Shown here: positions 10,471 to 20,084 of the stretch, piece by piece
How the letters are laid out: every line of letters starts with the position of its first letter
Position numbering within the stretch: position 1 is the first letter of the stretch
Source: Candidatus Komeilibacteria bacterium
GTDB taxonomy: Bacteria > Patescibacteriota > Patescibacteriia > UBA1558
Direction of reading: 5' to 3'
NCBI GenBank assembly: GCA_048538235.1
Contig: JBLYPX010000001.1
Span: forward strand, 328,013-392,012
Length of the DNA stretch: 64,000 bases
Translations under genes and position numbers: made by a program
Notes under the pieces: model-generated
Databases searched by the model: none
What the model was told of the DNA's origin: nothing
What the model saw: only the letters and a program-made list of their open reading frames with translations

Positions 10471-11547
10471 ATGCGTATATTATTTACAGGTGGTGGCACA
10501 ATGGGTTCTGTTTCGCCATTACTTGCACAAATAGATTATCTATTATCTGAACATGGTTTTTTACCAGCAGATTTTATGTGGATAGGAACAGCTACTGGAC
10601 CAGAAAAAGCTGTTATTGAACGCTATGACATTAAGTTTAAATCTATTCCAGCTGGTAAGTTAAGAAGATATTTTTCTTTACGTAATTTTACTGATCCATT
10701 TAGAATAAGTAGGGGATATTTACAATCATTAGAATATATACAAAAGTTTAAACCAGACTTAGTTGTTACAGCTGGTTCTTTTGTTTCAGTACCGGTAATT
10801 ATGGCAGCTAAAACATTAAGAAAACCAGTTCTTGTTCATCAGTTAGATTTAATACCTGGATTGGCTAATAAAATTATGGCTAAGGTGGCTAATGTCATTA
10901 CTGTATCTTGGCCAGAGTTATTAAATAAGTTTCCACAAAAGAATGTTAAATGGGTAGGAACACCAATACGTAAACATATATTAGAACCAATCACTGGTAC
11001 TTTAGCGCCATCTTTAGAACTAGATGAAGATTTACCCCTAATACTTGTTATGGGTGGTGGCACCGGAGCGGTTGCTATTAATAGATTAATTGGTAATGCT
11101 TTGCAAGATCTATTATCTAGATACCAAGTTGTACATATTACTGGAACTGGTAAAAAAGTTAATATAGACGTTAATAAAGAATTTAAACATAGGTATTGGC
11201 AATTTGAATTTATTCATGACGATTTAGGATATTTAATGCATAGAGCTGACCTAATTATTAGTAGAGCTGGTATTGGTACTATATCTGAGATACTAGCTTG
11301 TAATAAACCAAGTATTATTATTCCTATCCCAGATTCTCATCAGGAAGAGAATGCAAAATATTTTAATGACCAGGGAGCTATTAAAGTTGTATCTCAAGTT
11401 GGACAAAGCCCTAAATCTTTAGCACAAGAAATAGATAATATATTATTAGATGCAAAGGCTCAGGAAACAATCATGAACAATGCTAGTCTGCTTGTAAAAA
11501 AAGATGCTAATGAATTATTAACTCAAGAAATATTTAAATTTAAATAA
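10471..11547 (+). CDS. murG: MurG N-acetylglucosamine transferase
   Basis: TGGGTMGSVSP, GGGTGA, SRAG, HQEENA. Confidence 0.95.
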   Translation: MRILFTGGGTMGSVSPLLAQIDYLLSEHGFLPADFMWIGTATGPEKAVIERYDIKFKSIPAGKLRRYFSLRNFTDPFRISRGYLQSLEYIQKFKPDLVVTAGSFVSVPVIMAAKTLRKPVLVHQLDLIPGLANKIMAKVANVITVSWPELLNKFPQKNVKWVGTPIRKHILEPITGTLAPSLELDEDLPLILVMGGGTGAVAINRLIGNALQDLLSRYQVVHITGTGKKVNIDVNKEFKHRYWQFEFIHDDLGYLMHRADLIISRAGIGTISEILACNKPSIIIPIPDSHQEENAKYFNDQGAIKVVSQVGQSPKSLAQEIDNILLDAKAQETIMNNASLLVKKDANELLTQEIFKFK

Positions 11548-12932
11548 TGGAAATATATTCGAAGTACAAAAAAATATATTTAGCAGGTATTGGTGGCATT
11601 GGCATTTCAGCAATCGCTAGACTTTTTAAATACCATAATGCTAGCGTGGCTGGTTCAGATGCTGCTAAGTCTAGCATTACAGAAGATTTAGAGAAGGCAG
11701 GAATTAAAGTTAATTATGATCAAGTAGAAGATAATATTGATGAGGATTTAGATCTTTTCATCTATACAGCAGCTTTTCCTAAAGACCACCCTGAAAGGAT
11801 TAAGGCAGAAAAAGTTGGAGCAGATATATATTCTTATCCAGAATTTTTAGGACTTCTTTCTAAGTACTATTCAACAATAGCTGTATCTGGTACTCATGGT
11901 AAATCTTCAACTACATCAATGCTTGGTTTAATATTATCTGAAGCTGGACTTGATCCAACTGTTATTGTTGGTAGTCAAGTAAAAGGTTTTGATCATAATT
12001 TAAGAATTGGCAAAAGTAATATTTTGTTAATTGAAGCTTGCGAGTATAAGGGCCATATGTTGCTTACATCTCCTGAATATATTTGTTTAACAAATATTGA
12101 AGAAGATCATTTAGACTATTACAAAGATTTAGCAGATATTGAAGATCATTTTTCTAGATTTATTACAAAAGTAGATAATACAAAACTATTTTTGAATATA
12201 GATAATCCATCATTGTTTCAATTCAATGAAGAAGTTAAAGCTAATACATATAGTATAGATACTCCGGCAAAATACCAGGCAGCCAATATATTCATAAATA
12301 ATAACAAACAATACTTTGACCTATACATCAGTAATAAAAAAGTACAACAGATTTGTTTAAGTGTTCCTGGTAAATTTAATGTATATAATGCCTTAGCAGC
12401 TATTGCTGTGGCTGATTCACTTGGAGTAAAACCGGAAGTGTATAAAAAAGTATTAAGTGAATATACTGGTTGTTGGCGAAGGTTTGAGATTTTAGGAAGT
12501 GTTAAAACAAGAAAGACTAGTCTATTAATTTCAGATTATGCTCATCATCCAACGGCTGTTAGTTCAACTATTAAAGCAGCTAAAGAATTCTATCCAGATA
12601 AAAGATTAATAGCTGTTTTTGAACCTCATCAGCACAGTAGAACAAAAGAATTATTTGAAGATTTTGTAAAAGCTTTTTCTTTGGCTGACTATGTAATTAT
12701 TAGTGAGATCTATGATGTTAAAGGCAGGGAAGAAGCAAAAGATCAAGTTGTCTCATCTAAAGATTTAGTTGATGAAATAATTAATAGAGGGCAATTAAGA
12801 GAAGATCAAATAGAATACTCTCCTTCATTAAAAGCTACTAAAGCAAGAATTCTGGCTGAAACCAAAGCAGAAGATATTGTATTAGTAATGGGAGCTGGAG
12901 ATATAGATAGTATGGCTAGAAAATTAATATGA
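11547..12932 (+). CDS. murC: UDP-MurNAc--L-Ala ligase
   Basis: GIGGIGIS, GTHGKSSTT, DYAHHP, FEPHQHSRT. Confidence 0.96.
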   Translation: MEIYSKYKKIYLAGIGGIGISAIARLFKYHNASVAGSDAAKSSITEDLEKAGIKVNYDQVEDNIDEDLDLFIYTAAFPKDHPERIKAEKVGADIYSYPEFLGLLSKYYSTIAVSGTHGKSSTTSMLGLILSEAGLDPTVIVGSQVKGFDHNLRIGKSNILLIEACEYKGHMLLTSPEYICLTNIEEDHLDYYKDLADIEDHFSRFITKVDNTKLFLNIDNPSLFQFNEEVKANTYSIDTPAKYQAANIFINNNKQYFDLYISNKKVQQICLSVPGKFNVYNALAAIAVADSLGVKPEVYKKVLSEYTGCWRRFEILGSVKTRKTSLLISDYAHHPTAVSSTIKAAKEFYPDKRLIAVFEPHQHSRTKELFEDFVKAFSLADYVIISEIYDVKGREEAKDQVVSSKDLVDEIINRGQLREDQIEYSPSLKATKARILAETKAEDIVLVMGAGDIDSMARKLI

Positions 12933-14026
12933 CAGATATATTAAACAAATTAAAAGAATTAGCAGTTGTTCAGGAGAATTATCCCTTGAGTAAATTAACT
13001 ACCTTTAAAATAGGTGGTCCAGCTAAATATTTCATTGAAGTAGAGAATATAGATAATCTGTCAGATATTTTTACTACTCTAAAAGATAATAATATACAGT
13101 ATTTCATTTTAGGTGGCGGGGCTAATATATTAGCTAGTGATGATGGATTTGATGGTGCTGTTATAAAGCTTAAAAATACCCAGTATACAGTTATTAGTGA
13201 GGATAATGATGAGATTATAGTAAAAGTAGATGCTGGCCTTGTTTGGGACGATTTTGTGGCAATTACAGTAGATAATAATTGGTGGGGAGTAGAGAATATG
13301 TCATATATTCCTGGTAGTTTTGGTGGTCTGGTTACAGTTAGTGCTGGAGCCTATGGTCAACAAGTTTCAGACTTTGTAGTAAAGGTTAATGTCTTTAATA
13401 TTGAAGATAATAAATTTGAAGAACTTAGTAATAAAGAATGTGAGTTTAAATACCGTAGTAGTTTGTTTACAAGTAAAGGGGAGAATAAATATATAGTATT
13501 ATCTGCTGAGATAAAATTAAAAAAGAATGGCCAACCATCTGTAAATTATCCAGATGTAATAAAATATTTTGCAGATAAGAAAATAGATAAGCCTAGTATA
13601 AAAGAAGTACGAGAAGCTTTGCATTTTATACGTTTCAATAAATTACCAGATTGGGAAAAAACTGGAACAGCAGGATCATATTTTAAAAACATTTATCTTC
13701 AACCAGAAGATATGAAGAGTTTTATGGAAAAGGTAGATAAGAATTTTGGTAAAGAGTATAAAGATGAAGCAGAGAATATGTGTAAGAAATTTGCTGACCA
13801 ATATGGTTGTAAAATACCAACCGGTTTTGTTTTAGATAAACTTCTTAATTTAAAAGGTAAGACTATGGGTGGAGCTAAGGTTTATGATAAACAAGCACTT
13901 GTTATTATTAACGACAACAATGCAACTGCTAAAGATGTTTTAATGCTTGTTAGCTATATTAAACAACAGGTTAGAGATAAAACCGGTGTGCAACTTCAGG
14001 AAGAAGTAAGATATTTAGGTTTTTAG
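12929..14026 (+). CDS. murB: UDP-N-acetylenolpyruvoylglucosamine reductase
   Basis: TTFKIGG, ILGGGANIL, GAYG, AGSYFKN, LQEEV. Confidence 0.94.
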   Translation: MTDILNKLKELAVVQENYPLSKLTTFKIGGPAKYFIEVENIDNLSDIFTTLKDNNIQYFILGGGANILASDDGFDGAVIKLKNTQYTVISEDNDEIIVKVDAGLVWDDFVAITVDNNWWGVENMSYIPGSFGGLVTVSAGAYGQQVSDFVVKVNVFNIEDNKFEELSNKECEFKYRSSLFTSKGENKYIVLSAEIKLKKNGQPSVNYPDVIKYFADKKIDKPSIKEVREALHFIRFNKLPDWEKTGTAGSYFKNIYLQPEDMKSFMEKVDKNFGKEYKDEAENMCKKFADQYGCKIPTGFVLDKLLNLKGKTMGGAKVYDKQALVIINDNNATAKDVLMLVSYIKQQVRDKTGVQLQEEVRYLGF

Positions 14027-14033
14027 ATAAATA

Positions 14034-14068
14034 AAAAAAGACGGAGATTTTTATTCAACGTCTTTTTT
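14034..14068. terminator. Bidirectional hairpin terminator overlapping the stop of the orphan ORF
   Basis: AAAAAGACG...CGTCTTTTT inverted repeat. Confidence 0.6.
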
Positions 14069-14245
14069 ATATTCCTCTAAGGTTTTTATTGGCATGAAGT
14101 TATATGTTTCCAGACTGTCTTCACATATGAAGAGTGGTCTGGTCGTAAACATTACAACATGGGTAACTTTGTTTAAGCAGCAACCAGCTTCACAGGTTAT
14201 TGGTATAACAACTTCGTTATAATCATGACCTTCTGAGCCGATCAT
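14051..14245 (-). CDS. Orphan small Cys/His protein (start 14245 or 14257)
   Basis: ATGA overlap with upstream ORF at 14242-14245, AGGA upstream; CEAGCC...H...C. Confidence 0.55.
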   Translation of the reverse strand: MIGSEGHDYNEVVIPITCEAGCCLNKVTHVVMFTTRPLFICEDSLETYNFMPIKTLEEYKKDVE

Positions 14246-14466
14246 AATGTAAACCATCCTAAGGTGGCGAAGAGAACTATGCCAATTAAGCCAGTGAGCA
14301 AGTACTTTTTTGCGCGCTCTTCGTACTGTTGCCTTGCTCCGAGACCTCTAGCTACATTCTTTCTAATATCTGACAAAGTCATTTCATTTAAAATCTCAAC
14401 CATGAACATACCTTTGCCAAATATGATAAGGCTAATTAGCGCACCTAATATAACAACTATTTCCAT
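14242..14466 (-). CDS. Orphan 2-TM protein in SD-led cassette
   Basis: GGAGGGG directly before ATG; two hydrophobic helices; own promoter. Confidence 0.7.
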   Translation of the reverse strand: MEIVVILGALISLIIFGKGMFMVEILNEMTLSDIRKNVARGLGARQQYEERAKKYLLTGLIGIVLFATLGWFTL

Positions 14467-14501
14467 AACCCCTCCAATTTAAAGTTCAAATATAATAATA
14501 T

Positions 14502-14530
14502 ACATTAGTATAATTAAACATATTTGTCAA
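14502..14530 (-). promoter_or_regulatory. Sigma70 promoter of orphan cassette
   Basis: TTGACA-N17-TAATGT. Confidence 0.65.
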
Positions 14531-14587
14531 TAGTTGCTAAAAGATATAATATGTATTAAATTAACTTTTTCTGTTAAAATATACACA

Positions 14588-17338
14588 ATGGGTATTTTAG
14601 ATAAAATATTTGGTGATGCTAATGAAAAATATTTAAAGTCATTGCAGCCAATTATAGACAAAATCAATGCTCTGGAACCAGAATTCCAGGGTTTTTCTGC
14701 TACTCAATTTAAAGACAAAACTAAAGAATTGCAGGATAGAATAAAAAATGGTGAAACAGAAGATGATGTCTTAGTAGAAGCTTTTGCTTTGGTAAGAGAA
14801 GCGGCTCGTCAAACATTAAATCAATTCCATTATGATGTTCAGCTTATTGGTGGACTAGTTCTTAATAGTGGGCAGATTGCTGAAATGAGAACCGGTGAAG
14901 GTAAGACTTTAACAGCAACCTTGGCAGTATATTTAAATGCATTATCTGGTAAGGGTGTGCACGTTGTTACTGTCAATGATTATTTAGCAAAACGTGATGC
15001 TGCTTGGATGGGACAAGTTTATGCAAAGCTTGGTTTAACAGTTGGAGTAATACAACACGAGAAAGCTTTTATCTATTCAGATAAAAAAGGTAATGAAGGA
15101 ACAGACGGGGTAAGAGATTTAGGTATTGAAGTTGAGGATGAGTATTTAGAACCATGTTCTAGAAAAGAAGCCTATGCTGCAGATATTACCTATGGTACAA
15201 ATAATGAATTTGGTTTTGACTATTTGAAAGACAATATGGTGATGAAAACAGAGATGATGGTACAAAGGCCATTACATTATGCCATTGTCGATGAGGTGGA
15301 TAGTATTTTAATAGATGAAGCTAGAACACCATTAATAATTTCAGCACCAGCTGAGGATAGTACTAAACAATATTACCAGTTTGCTAGTATTGTTAAGGGT
15401 TTGTCAGAGAATGCAGATTACAATGTAGATGAAAAGATGAGAGCCGTTACTTTGACAGAAGAGGGAATTATTAAAGTAGAAAAGATATTAGGCGTAGATA
15501 ATATTTATGAAACAAAGGGTTTGGCTACTGTTCATCACTTAGAGCAAGCATTAAAAGCTGAGGTATTATTTACTAAAGATAAAGACTATGTGGTTAAAGA
15601 TGGTGAGGTAATAATTATTGATGAATTCACCGGCAGAATGATGCACGGTAGAAGATACTCTGAAGGTCTTCATCAAGCAATTGAAGCTAAAGAAAATGTA
15701 GATATACAGAGAGAGAGTTTAACATTAGCTACTGTTACTTTCCAGAACTATTTTAGAATGTATGAAAAGCTTGCCGGTATGACTGGTACAGCAGCAACTG
15801 AAGCTGAAGAATTTTCTAAGATATATAATTTAGATGTAACGATTATACCAACTAATAATCCTATTCAAAGAAAAGATTCTAATGATCTAATTTACCAGAA
15901 TGAAAGAGGTAAATTTATGGCCATTATTCAAGATATTAAGAAAAGACATGAATTAGGACAACCAGTCTTGGTAGGTACAATCTCTATTGAAAAGAATGAA
16001 CTACTATCTGAACTCTTAACCAGAGAGGGTGTTCCTCATCAATTACTTAATGCTAAACAGCATGAAAAAGAAGCACAAATCATTGCTCAAGCTGGTAAAT
16101 TAGGAGCAGTAACCATTGCTACAAATATGGCTGGTCGTGGTGTAGATATTGTCCTTGGAGGTAATCCAGTAGATAAAGAGGAAGCTTCTAAGGTAAAAGA
16201 AGCTGGTGGTCTTCATGTTATTGGTACAGAAAGACATGAATCTAGAAGAATAGATAACCAGTTAAGAGGTAGATCTGGTCGTCAAGGTGATCCAGGATCT
16301 ACTCAATTCTTTGTTTGTATGGAAGATGATTTAATGAGAATCTTTGGTTCAGAAAGAATGAAGAATATTATGCAAACCTTAAAATTGCCAGAAGATACGC
16401 CAATAGAGAATGGTATTATTTCCAAATCTATTGAGTCAGCTCAAAAGAAAGTTGAGGGTAATAATTTTGACATCCGTAAACATTTAGTTGAATACGATGA
16501 TGTAATAAATAAACACAGGGAAGTAATATATACCAAACGTAGGGGCATATTAGACCTTGCTGAAGGTAGAGTTAAAGAAGTAAAGCTAGATGAAACAGAA
16601 GATGCTGCTAAGATTACAACATTAAAAGAATATATTTTAGATCTTGTTAATAAAGAGATTGATCAAGTTGTAACATTCCATACTAATTCCGAAGGACAAG
16701 AGACTATCAATGAGATTATTGAAACAATGAAAACTATCTTTCCATTAACTGCTGAAGAAGTAGCTGGTTATGAAAAGATATTGGAAAATAAAAATATAGA
16801 GACTCATGAATTAAGAGATAAGATAATTAATCATTTTAGTGAAATTGCTGTTAAGAAATATGAGCTATTAGAAACTGCCTTTAAGACTCAAGAAAATGGT
16901 GAACAGCAGTTAAGACAATTAGAGTTAGCCATACTATTAAGAACAATAGATAATCTATGGATAGAACATTTAGAAGCTATTGATCATTTAAGACGTGGTA
17001 TTGGTCTAAGAGGTTATGGTCAAAGAGATCCACTGGTTGAGTATAAAAAAGAATCATATATACTTTTTTCAGATATGATTGCTGCTATACAGAATCAGGT
17101 GGTATACAATATATATAAATTAGGACAAACAACAAATATTGGCGGTAAAACAATTGCAGATAATAAGACTGAACTATCTAGCGCTTCAGCTCAAACACAA
17201 TTTGCTGCCAGTGAAGATAAAAAATTAAAACCAGATGTTAAGGAAAAGGTAAAAGATTCTACTGGTCATAAAGTTGGTAGAAATGATCCTTGTCCTTGTG
17301 GGTCTGGGAAGAAATATAAGAAGTGTCATGGCGCTTAA
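14588..17338 (+). CDS. secA: Preprotein translocase SecA
   Basis: [30 protein letters not shown] tail [19 protein letters not shown]; ATG 14588 preferred over TTG 14534. Confidence 0.98.
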   Translation: MGILDKIFGDANEKYLKSLQPIIDKINALEPEFQGFSATQFKDKTKELQDRIKNGETEDDVLVEAFALVREAARQTLNQFHYDVQLIGGLVLNSGQIAEMRTGEGKTLTATLAVYLNALSGKGVHVVTVNDYLAKRDAAWMGQVYAKLGLTVGVIQHEKAFIYSDKKGNEGTDGVRDLGIEVEDEYLEPCSRKEAYAADITYGTNNEFGFDYLKDNMVMKTEMMVQRPLHYAIVDEVDSILIDEARTPLIISAPAEDSTKQYYQFASIVKGLSENADYNVDEKMRAVTLTEEGIIKVEKILGVDNIYETKGLATVHHLEQALKAEVLFTKDKDYVVKDGEVIIIDEFTGRMMHGRRYSEGLHQAIEAKENVDIQRESLTLATVTFQNYFRMYEKLAGMTGTAATEAEEFSKIYNLDVTIIPTNNPIQRKDSNDLIYQNERGKFMAIIQDIKKRHELGQPVLVGTISIEKNELLSELLTREGVPHQLLNAKQHEKEAQIIAQAGKLGAVTIATNMAGRGVDIVLGGNPVDKEEASKVKEAGGLHVIGTERHESRRIDNQLRGRSGRQGDPGSTQFFVCMEDDLMRIFGSERMKNIMQTLKLPEDTPIENGIISKSIESAQKKVEGNNFDIRKHLVEYDDVINKHREVIYTKRRGILDLAEGRVKEVKLDETEDAAKITTLKEYILDLVNKEIDQVVTFHTNSEGQETINEIIETMKTIFPLTAEEVAGYEKILENKNIETHELRDKIINHFSEIAVKKYELLETAFKTQENGEQQLRQLELAILLRTIDNLWIEHLEAIDHLRRGIGLRGYGQRDPLVEYKKESYILFSDMIAAIQNQVVYNIYKLGQTTNIGGKTIADNKTELSSASAQTQFAASEDKKLKPDVKEKVKDSTGHKVGRNDPCPCGSGKKYKKCHGA

Positions 17339-17753
17339 AGTAGTAGCTGTTTCAGGAGGATTTGATCCTTTACATATTGGACATGTAAGGTTATTTGAAG
17401 CTGCTAAAAAACTTGGAGATAAACTTATTGTAATTATTAATAATGATAACTGGATTAAATTAAAAAAAGGTAAAGCTTTTATGCCAGATACAGAAAGAAA
17501 GGAATTAATAGAAGCTTTAAGAGTGGTAGATGAGGTATATTTAACAAAACATGAAGCAGATACAAAGGATATGAGTGTTTGTGAAGCTTTAAAAGATATT
17601 AAGCCAGATATATTTGCCAATGGCGGAGATAGAAAAGAAGATAATATTCCAGAGGTTGCTGTCTGTAAAGAAATAGGCTGTGAAATGGTATTTAATGTCG
17701 GAGAGGGTGGAAAAGTACAATCTAGTTCTTGGCTTATTGAGAAGTCTAAATAG
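17328..17753 (+). CDS. Cytidylyltransferase-like nucleotidyltransferase (TagD/RfaE-II family)
   Basis: [11 protein letters not shown] (HIGH), [13 protein letters not shown]. Confidence 0.88.
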   Translation: MALKVVAVSGGFDPLHIGHVRLFEAAKKLGDKLIVIINNDNWIKLKKGKAFMPDTERKELIEALRVVDEVYLTKHEADTKDMSVCEALKDIKPDIFANGGDRKEDNIPEVAVCKEIGCEMVFNVGEGGKVQSSSWLIEKSK

Positions 17754-17755
17754 TT

Positions 17756-18817
17756 ATGTTTAAAAAGAAAAAAATAAAAGTTGCGGTAGGACTATCTGGT
17801 GGAGTAGATTCATCAGTAGCTGCATATATATTATCTAAGGATCCTCGTTATGAAGTGGTGGGTATATATATGCGTAACTGGTCAGAAGAATTACCAGAAA
17901 TTAAAGGATGTCCTTGGGAAACAGATCAAAGAGATGCTCAACTGGTAGCAGCTCAGCTTAATATACCTTTTTATGTAGTTAATTTTGAGAAAGAATATTA
18001 CGATAGAGTAGTTACATATATGATAAATACATATAAAAATGGACAGACTCCAAATCCAGATATTATGTGTAATCAAGAAATAAAGTTTGGAGTATTTTTA
18101 GATAAGATGTTAAAGCTTGGTTTTGACAAGGTAGCAACAGGCCATTATGCCAGAGTAGATAGAAAAGGTAAGGAATATTTTCTAAAAGCTGGACTAGATA
18201 ATAATAAAGATCAATCATATTTCTTATGCAGATTAAATCAACAGCAATTATCTAAAACACTATTTCCAATAGGAGACACAGATAAATCAAAGGTAAGGGA
18301 AATTGCTAAAGAAATTGGTTTAACAACCGCTACTAAAAAAGATTCACAAGGTATTTGCTTTATTGGCAATATTAAAGTTAGAGATTTCCTTAAAAGATAT
18401 ATTAAAGGAACTCCTGGTAATATTGTAGATATGGATAATAAAATAGTTGGTAAGCATGAGGGTGTGGAGTTCTTTACAATTGGTCAAAGAGAAGGATTGG
18501 ACGTTGGTGGTACAGGACCATACTATGTTGTGTCTAGAGATTTAAAGACAGGGGATTTAAAAGTTACTAATGATCCTGAAGATAAAGCTTTGTTTAAAAA
18601 AAATATTGAGCTTGAAAATATAAACTGGATAAACAAGCCAAAGAAGTTTCCATTTAACTGTGGCGTTAGAATTAGATACCGTCATGCTATTGTAGATTGT
18701 ACAGTTGAAAAAGATAAAATAATATTTAAAGAAGAACAAAAAGCAGTAACACCGGGACAATCTGCTGCTTTATACATAGCAGACAAATTAATAGGTTCAG
18801 GAATTATTAAAGAATAG
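17756..18817 (+). CDS. mnmA: tRNA 2-thiouridylase MnmA
   Basis: SGGVDS, TPNPDIMCN, KDQSYFL, DSQGICF, TPGQ. Confidence 0.97.
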   Translation: MFKKKKIKVAVGLSGGVDSSVAAYILSKDPRYEVVGIYMRNWSEELPEIKGCPWETDQRDAQLVAAQLNIPFYVVNFEKEYYDRVVTYMINTYKNGQTPNPDIMCNQEIKFGVFLDKMLKLGFDKVATGHYARVDRKGKEYFLKAGLDNNKDQSYFLCRLNQQQLSKTLFPIGDTDKSKVREIAKEIGLTTATKKDSQGICFIGNIKVRDFLKRYIKGTPGNIVDMDNKIVGKHEGVEFFTIGQREGLDVGGTGPYYVVSRDLKTGDLKVTNDPEDKALFKKNIELENINWINKPKKFPFNCGVRIRYRHAIVDCTVEKDKIIFKEEQKAVTPGQSAALYIADKLIGSGIIKE

Positions 18818-18902
18818 CTATTTTCATATATTTAATATAGATGATATACTGTAATCAATGTCTCCATGTAAACCGGTAACCAAAGAAAAGGAGGTAAAGC
18901 TT

Positions 18903-18965
18903 ATGCTTGTACTCATTTTGGAAATTACCAGTCCTCTCGCCGGAAACAAGGAAGCCTCAATGTAG
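18903..18965 (+). CDS. Micropeptide 1, MLVLILEITSPLAGNKEASM (20 aa)
   Basis: AAGGAGGT SD upstream; TGn-TATACT -10 at 18845-18850; GC hairpin downstream. Confidence 0.5.
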   Translation: MLVLILEITSPLAGNKEASM

Positions 18966-18993
18966 CCACAGATCGCGCTACGGAGAAAAAACC

Positions 18994-19021
18994 GAGCCCT
19001 CTCAATGTCAGAGGGCTCTTT
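18994..19021 (+). terminator. Hairpin/terminator of unit 1
   Basis: GAGCCCTCT/AGAGGGCTC stem plus TTT. Confidence 0.7.
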
Positions 19022-19024
19022 CAT

Positions 19025-19053
19025 TTGCTTAAAAAAGTAATAAAATATATAAT
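19025..19053 (+). promoter_or_regulatory. Sigma70 promoter of unit 2
   Basis: TTGCTT-N17-TATAAT. Confidence 0.65.
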
Positions 19054-19123
19054 TAATACATCCTTAAAGGATGTTTTTTAGTTCATTGGTTTTAACATGG
19101 TGTTAAACAAGGAGGTATAGCCT

Positions 19124-19168
19124 ATGTACACGAACAATTTTACCGCAACGCTGGACGTCAGCAACTGA
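19124..19168 (+). CDS. Micropeptide 2, MYTNNFTATLDVSN (14 aa)
   Basis: AAGGAGGT SD upstream; own promoter and 3' hairpin. Confidence 0.5.
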   Translation: MYTNNFTATLDVSN

Positions 19169-19196
19169 TCAATCGTCGAAACCTGAAAAGTGAACT

Positions 19197-19228
19197 GAGC
19201 CCCCAACTTCTATGAAGAGGGGCTCTTT
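19197..19228 (+). terminator. Hairpin/terminator of unit 2
   Basis: GAGCCCC/GGGGCTC stem, inner CTTC/GAAG, TTT tail; resembles the unit 1 hairpin. Confidence 0.7.
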
Positions 19229-19284
19229 AATTTACATTTTTAGCTAATATTAGCCATATTTATATAATATTAACAGCTAAAACC

Positions 19285-19313
19285 TTGACAGAATTAAGAA
19301 AATAGTGTAAGTT
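19285..19313 (+). promoter_or_regulatory. Sigma70 promoter of unit 3 (structured RNA)
   Basis: TTGACA-N17-TAAGTT. Confidence 0.65.
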
Positions 19314-19348
19314 CATTTTATCGCACATTTTATATTAATAGTAAAAAA

Positions 19349-19790
19349 AGCCTGATCAGGGCTGGTATGCGCATTAAAAGATCGGAAATTGCCGATGGTG
19401 CGCGAGTGCCAGCAGTTCTGCTTGCGTGATCGCAAGCCGACATGAGGCCGCGTTGAATCTTTGTAGCAAACTTGGGCAATACAAAGAGGATAATCTGCGT
19501 TATTCGCATATGAATCTAAACGACGGTAGAAGTGCCCTGGATGAACAACCTGCTTGGTCCCATACCCGGACGCATCATCGTGCGTAACGGTCCAGGTAAC
19601 TATAGCCTGGCTGACCAGCAGGAATCTGCCTACGGGAAAGGGCGGGAATTTGGCTGAAGCGAGACAGCATCGAAAAGCTTCTGGCCCCGGTTTGTTCGCA
19701 TGCCCGGCACGTAAAGTGGTGCCTGGATCTCATAACGTCTCAGACTTGAGTCGTTTATCATCCGCGAACATCTCCCGCCCTACCCGTTAT
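19349..19790 (+). ncRNA. Unidentified GC-rich multi-domain structured RNA or long 5' leader (about 450 nt)
   Basis: At least 10 helices found by eye, including long-range ACGGG-AA-AGGGCGGGA/TCCCGCCCT-A-CCCGT (19632-47/19773-87) and CCTGCTTGGTC/GACCAGCAGG (19549-59/19613-22); much more GC-rich than its flanks. Confidence 0.7.
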
Positions 19791-19840
19791 CAAGACAAGT
19801 TCAACATCTTATTCCAACAACCTGACAAAGGAGGTAAATC

Positions 19841-19951
19841 ATGAATTTTTCACGTGGTAGTCCTAATGGCTTCAATTCCTGCCGTAGTGCAGTTAAAGCC
19901 AACATGACATCATCTTCGATCAACCTGGCCACCGGCGGTCGCATCGCCTGA
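19841..19951 (+). CDS. Micropeptide 3, MNFSRGSPNGFNSCRSAVKANMTSSSINLATGGRIA (36 aa)
   Basis: AAAGGAGGT SD 5 nt before ATG, directly after the structured RNA. Confidence 0.55.
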   Translation: MNFSRGSPNGFNSCRSAVKANMTSSSINLATGGRIA

Positions 19952-20016
19952 CCCAACACCCCGGAGAACATCCATGACACTGCCTGAACCTTTTTACTAG
20001 CTATGCAACAATAAAA

Positions 20017-20045
20017 GACCGAGCAAACAAACGCTCGGTTTTTTT
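20017..20045 (+). terminator. Intrinsic terminator of unit 3
   Basis: ACCGAGC/GCTCGGT stem plus T-run. Confidence 0.85.
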
Positions 20046-20084
20046 CTTGCTTTTTTAGCTAAAATATATATACTAAATATTACT

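Noticed and set aside
18824-19024. 66-aa minus-strand ORF
   Set aside because: Antisense to a promoter-SD-ORF-hairpin unit, with no initiation signal of its own.
19349-19790. Degenerate rRNA fragment (GTGCCAGCAG, CCTACGGGA, CATAACGTC match 16S pieces)
   Set aside because: Matches are 9-10 nt, not collinear with 16S, and of the length expected by chance against several kb of rRNA.
19554-19844. 96-aa ORF in the track
   Set aside because: TTG start without SD, atypical composition, and it lies inside dense helices. Its ATGA overlap with micropeptide 3 means it is not fully excluded.
19349-19951. RNase P, tmRNA, SRP, 6S or group I/II intron identity for the structured RNA
   Set aside because: GAGGATAATC only loosely resembles RNase P CR-I and has no CR-V partner. 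There are no tRNA-like GGGG...CCACCA ends, no SRP GGAA domain and no group II domain V. A covariance-model search is still needed to be sure.
19349-20045. T-box riboswitch controlling alaS
   Set aside because: No GGTGGNACC antiterminator bulge next to the terminator and no clear stem I. An SD-led ORF intervenes, and alaS has its own TTGCTT-N17-TATACT promoter after the terminator.
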